From Mobula hypostoma (lineage: Eukaryota), in contig NC_086097.1 in assembly GCF_963921235.1 (NCBI RefSeq), positions 36,210,001-36,274,000 on the forward strand: a DNA stretch of 64,000 nt. The letters run 5' to 3'. The notes under the pieces are model-generated. The model was not told the origin of the DNA. It ran no database searches and was given only the letters and a program-made list of their open reading frames with translations. How positions within the stretch are numbered: position 1 is the first letter of the stretch; each line of letters begins with the position of its first letter. The translations under genes were made by a program, and so were the position numbers. Below, in pieces: positions 63,301 through 64,000 of the stretch.

Positions 63301-64000
63301 ACTGTTCTAAATGTGCAAACATAAAGAAGGAAAACAATAAATAAACTGGGGGAAAAATATCTATCTACAACTTTTCTGCCTTCTCTCACATAAGCCTCTC
63401 TTCTCTTAAGCCTTAAAGAAAAGCCTAATGATTTTCCCTTATTTGTCTTGGAAGTGATGTGATAATGGCCGCGCTCAGTATCACCAAACTGTATGACAAA
63501 GTGGGATAAGTACTGTATGTGTTTTTTCAGCAATCATTCGCATCACTGCATCCAACATAAACCACACCCATCCTCATTGACAGTGCAATGTTTTCTCAAA
63601 AACATTCGGGATTTTTTTTCTTTCAGGGGAAAACTACCTCCCAGGCAGATCACGCTTGCAGAATCTGGCTGATTCAGCCTGACTCCGTCCTTTCAGTGAT
63701 ACTCCTCCATGATTAAACACCACTCTGGTTAGGTACGATGAACCTTAAAGTTCTCATAATCCATCACCCTTGGGACTTTGGTGATTTTGGACCGGCAGAT
63801 TTTACAGTCTGTTAGCCCTATTAATACTCCAACAAACTTTAATTTATTCATATGTCTTATAGGGTAGTACAATAATTTTTTTCAGAGAACCCGGTGAGGT
63901 ACAGCTTGTATGTTTCAGCTTGCCCCAACGCCAATCATAAAATTATCTATGTTCTCAAATCCCAGTGTTCCCAACCTTGATCCTGGCTCTTGCCACACAC

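Noticed and set aside
62766..63344. 192-aa plus-strand ORF
   Set aside because: Antisense to a decayed CR1 ORF1.
63638..63743. Minus-strand exon-like open segment GSSYLTRVVFNHGG..
   Set aside because: Weak splice sites, no recognised homology and no partner exons in the window.

Overview
Eukaryotic genomic DNA, inferred to be from a cartilaginous fish (probably a ray) on the basis of its repeat complement: CR1, Rex1/Babar, RTE, Penelope-like elements (PLEs) and HE1/V-type SINEs. Two protein-coding genes lie on the minus strand. SNAPC1 spans about 27.5-52.9 kb, with nine coding exons read by hand with GT-AG boundaries plus a probable non-coding leader exon in a CpG-rich promoter. SYT16 is represented only by a probable 13-nt first coding exon (MATD+A) at 10188-10200, with the rest of the gene running off the left edge. 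Most of the remaining sequence is transposon-derived: a young CR1, Rex1, RTE, a Hero-like fragment, Tc1, hAT elements, a solo LTR and SINEs. The most notable non-genic signal is a family of short PLE termini carrying minimal type I hammerhead ribozyme motifs (CUGAnGA..GAAACGUC). Several are intact, two are sense-oriented in the presumed SYT16 intron, and several termini form fold-back arrangements. There is also a near-perfect 1553-bp tandem duplication. No prokaryotic systems or CRISPR arrays were seen. All family and homology calls are by eye and from memory; no database search was run.
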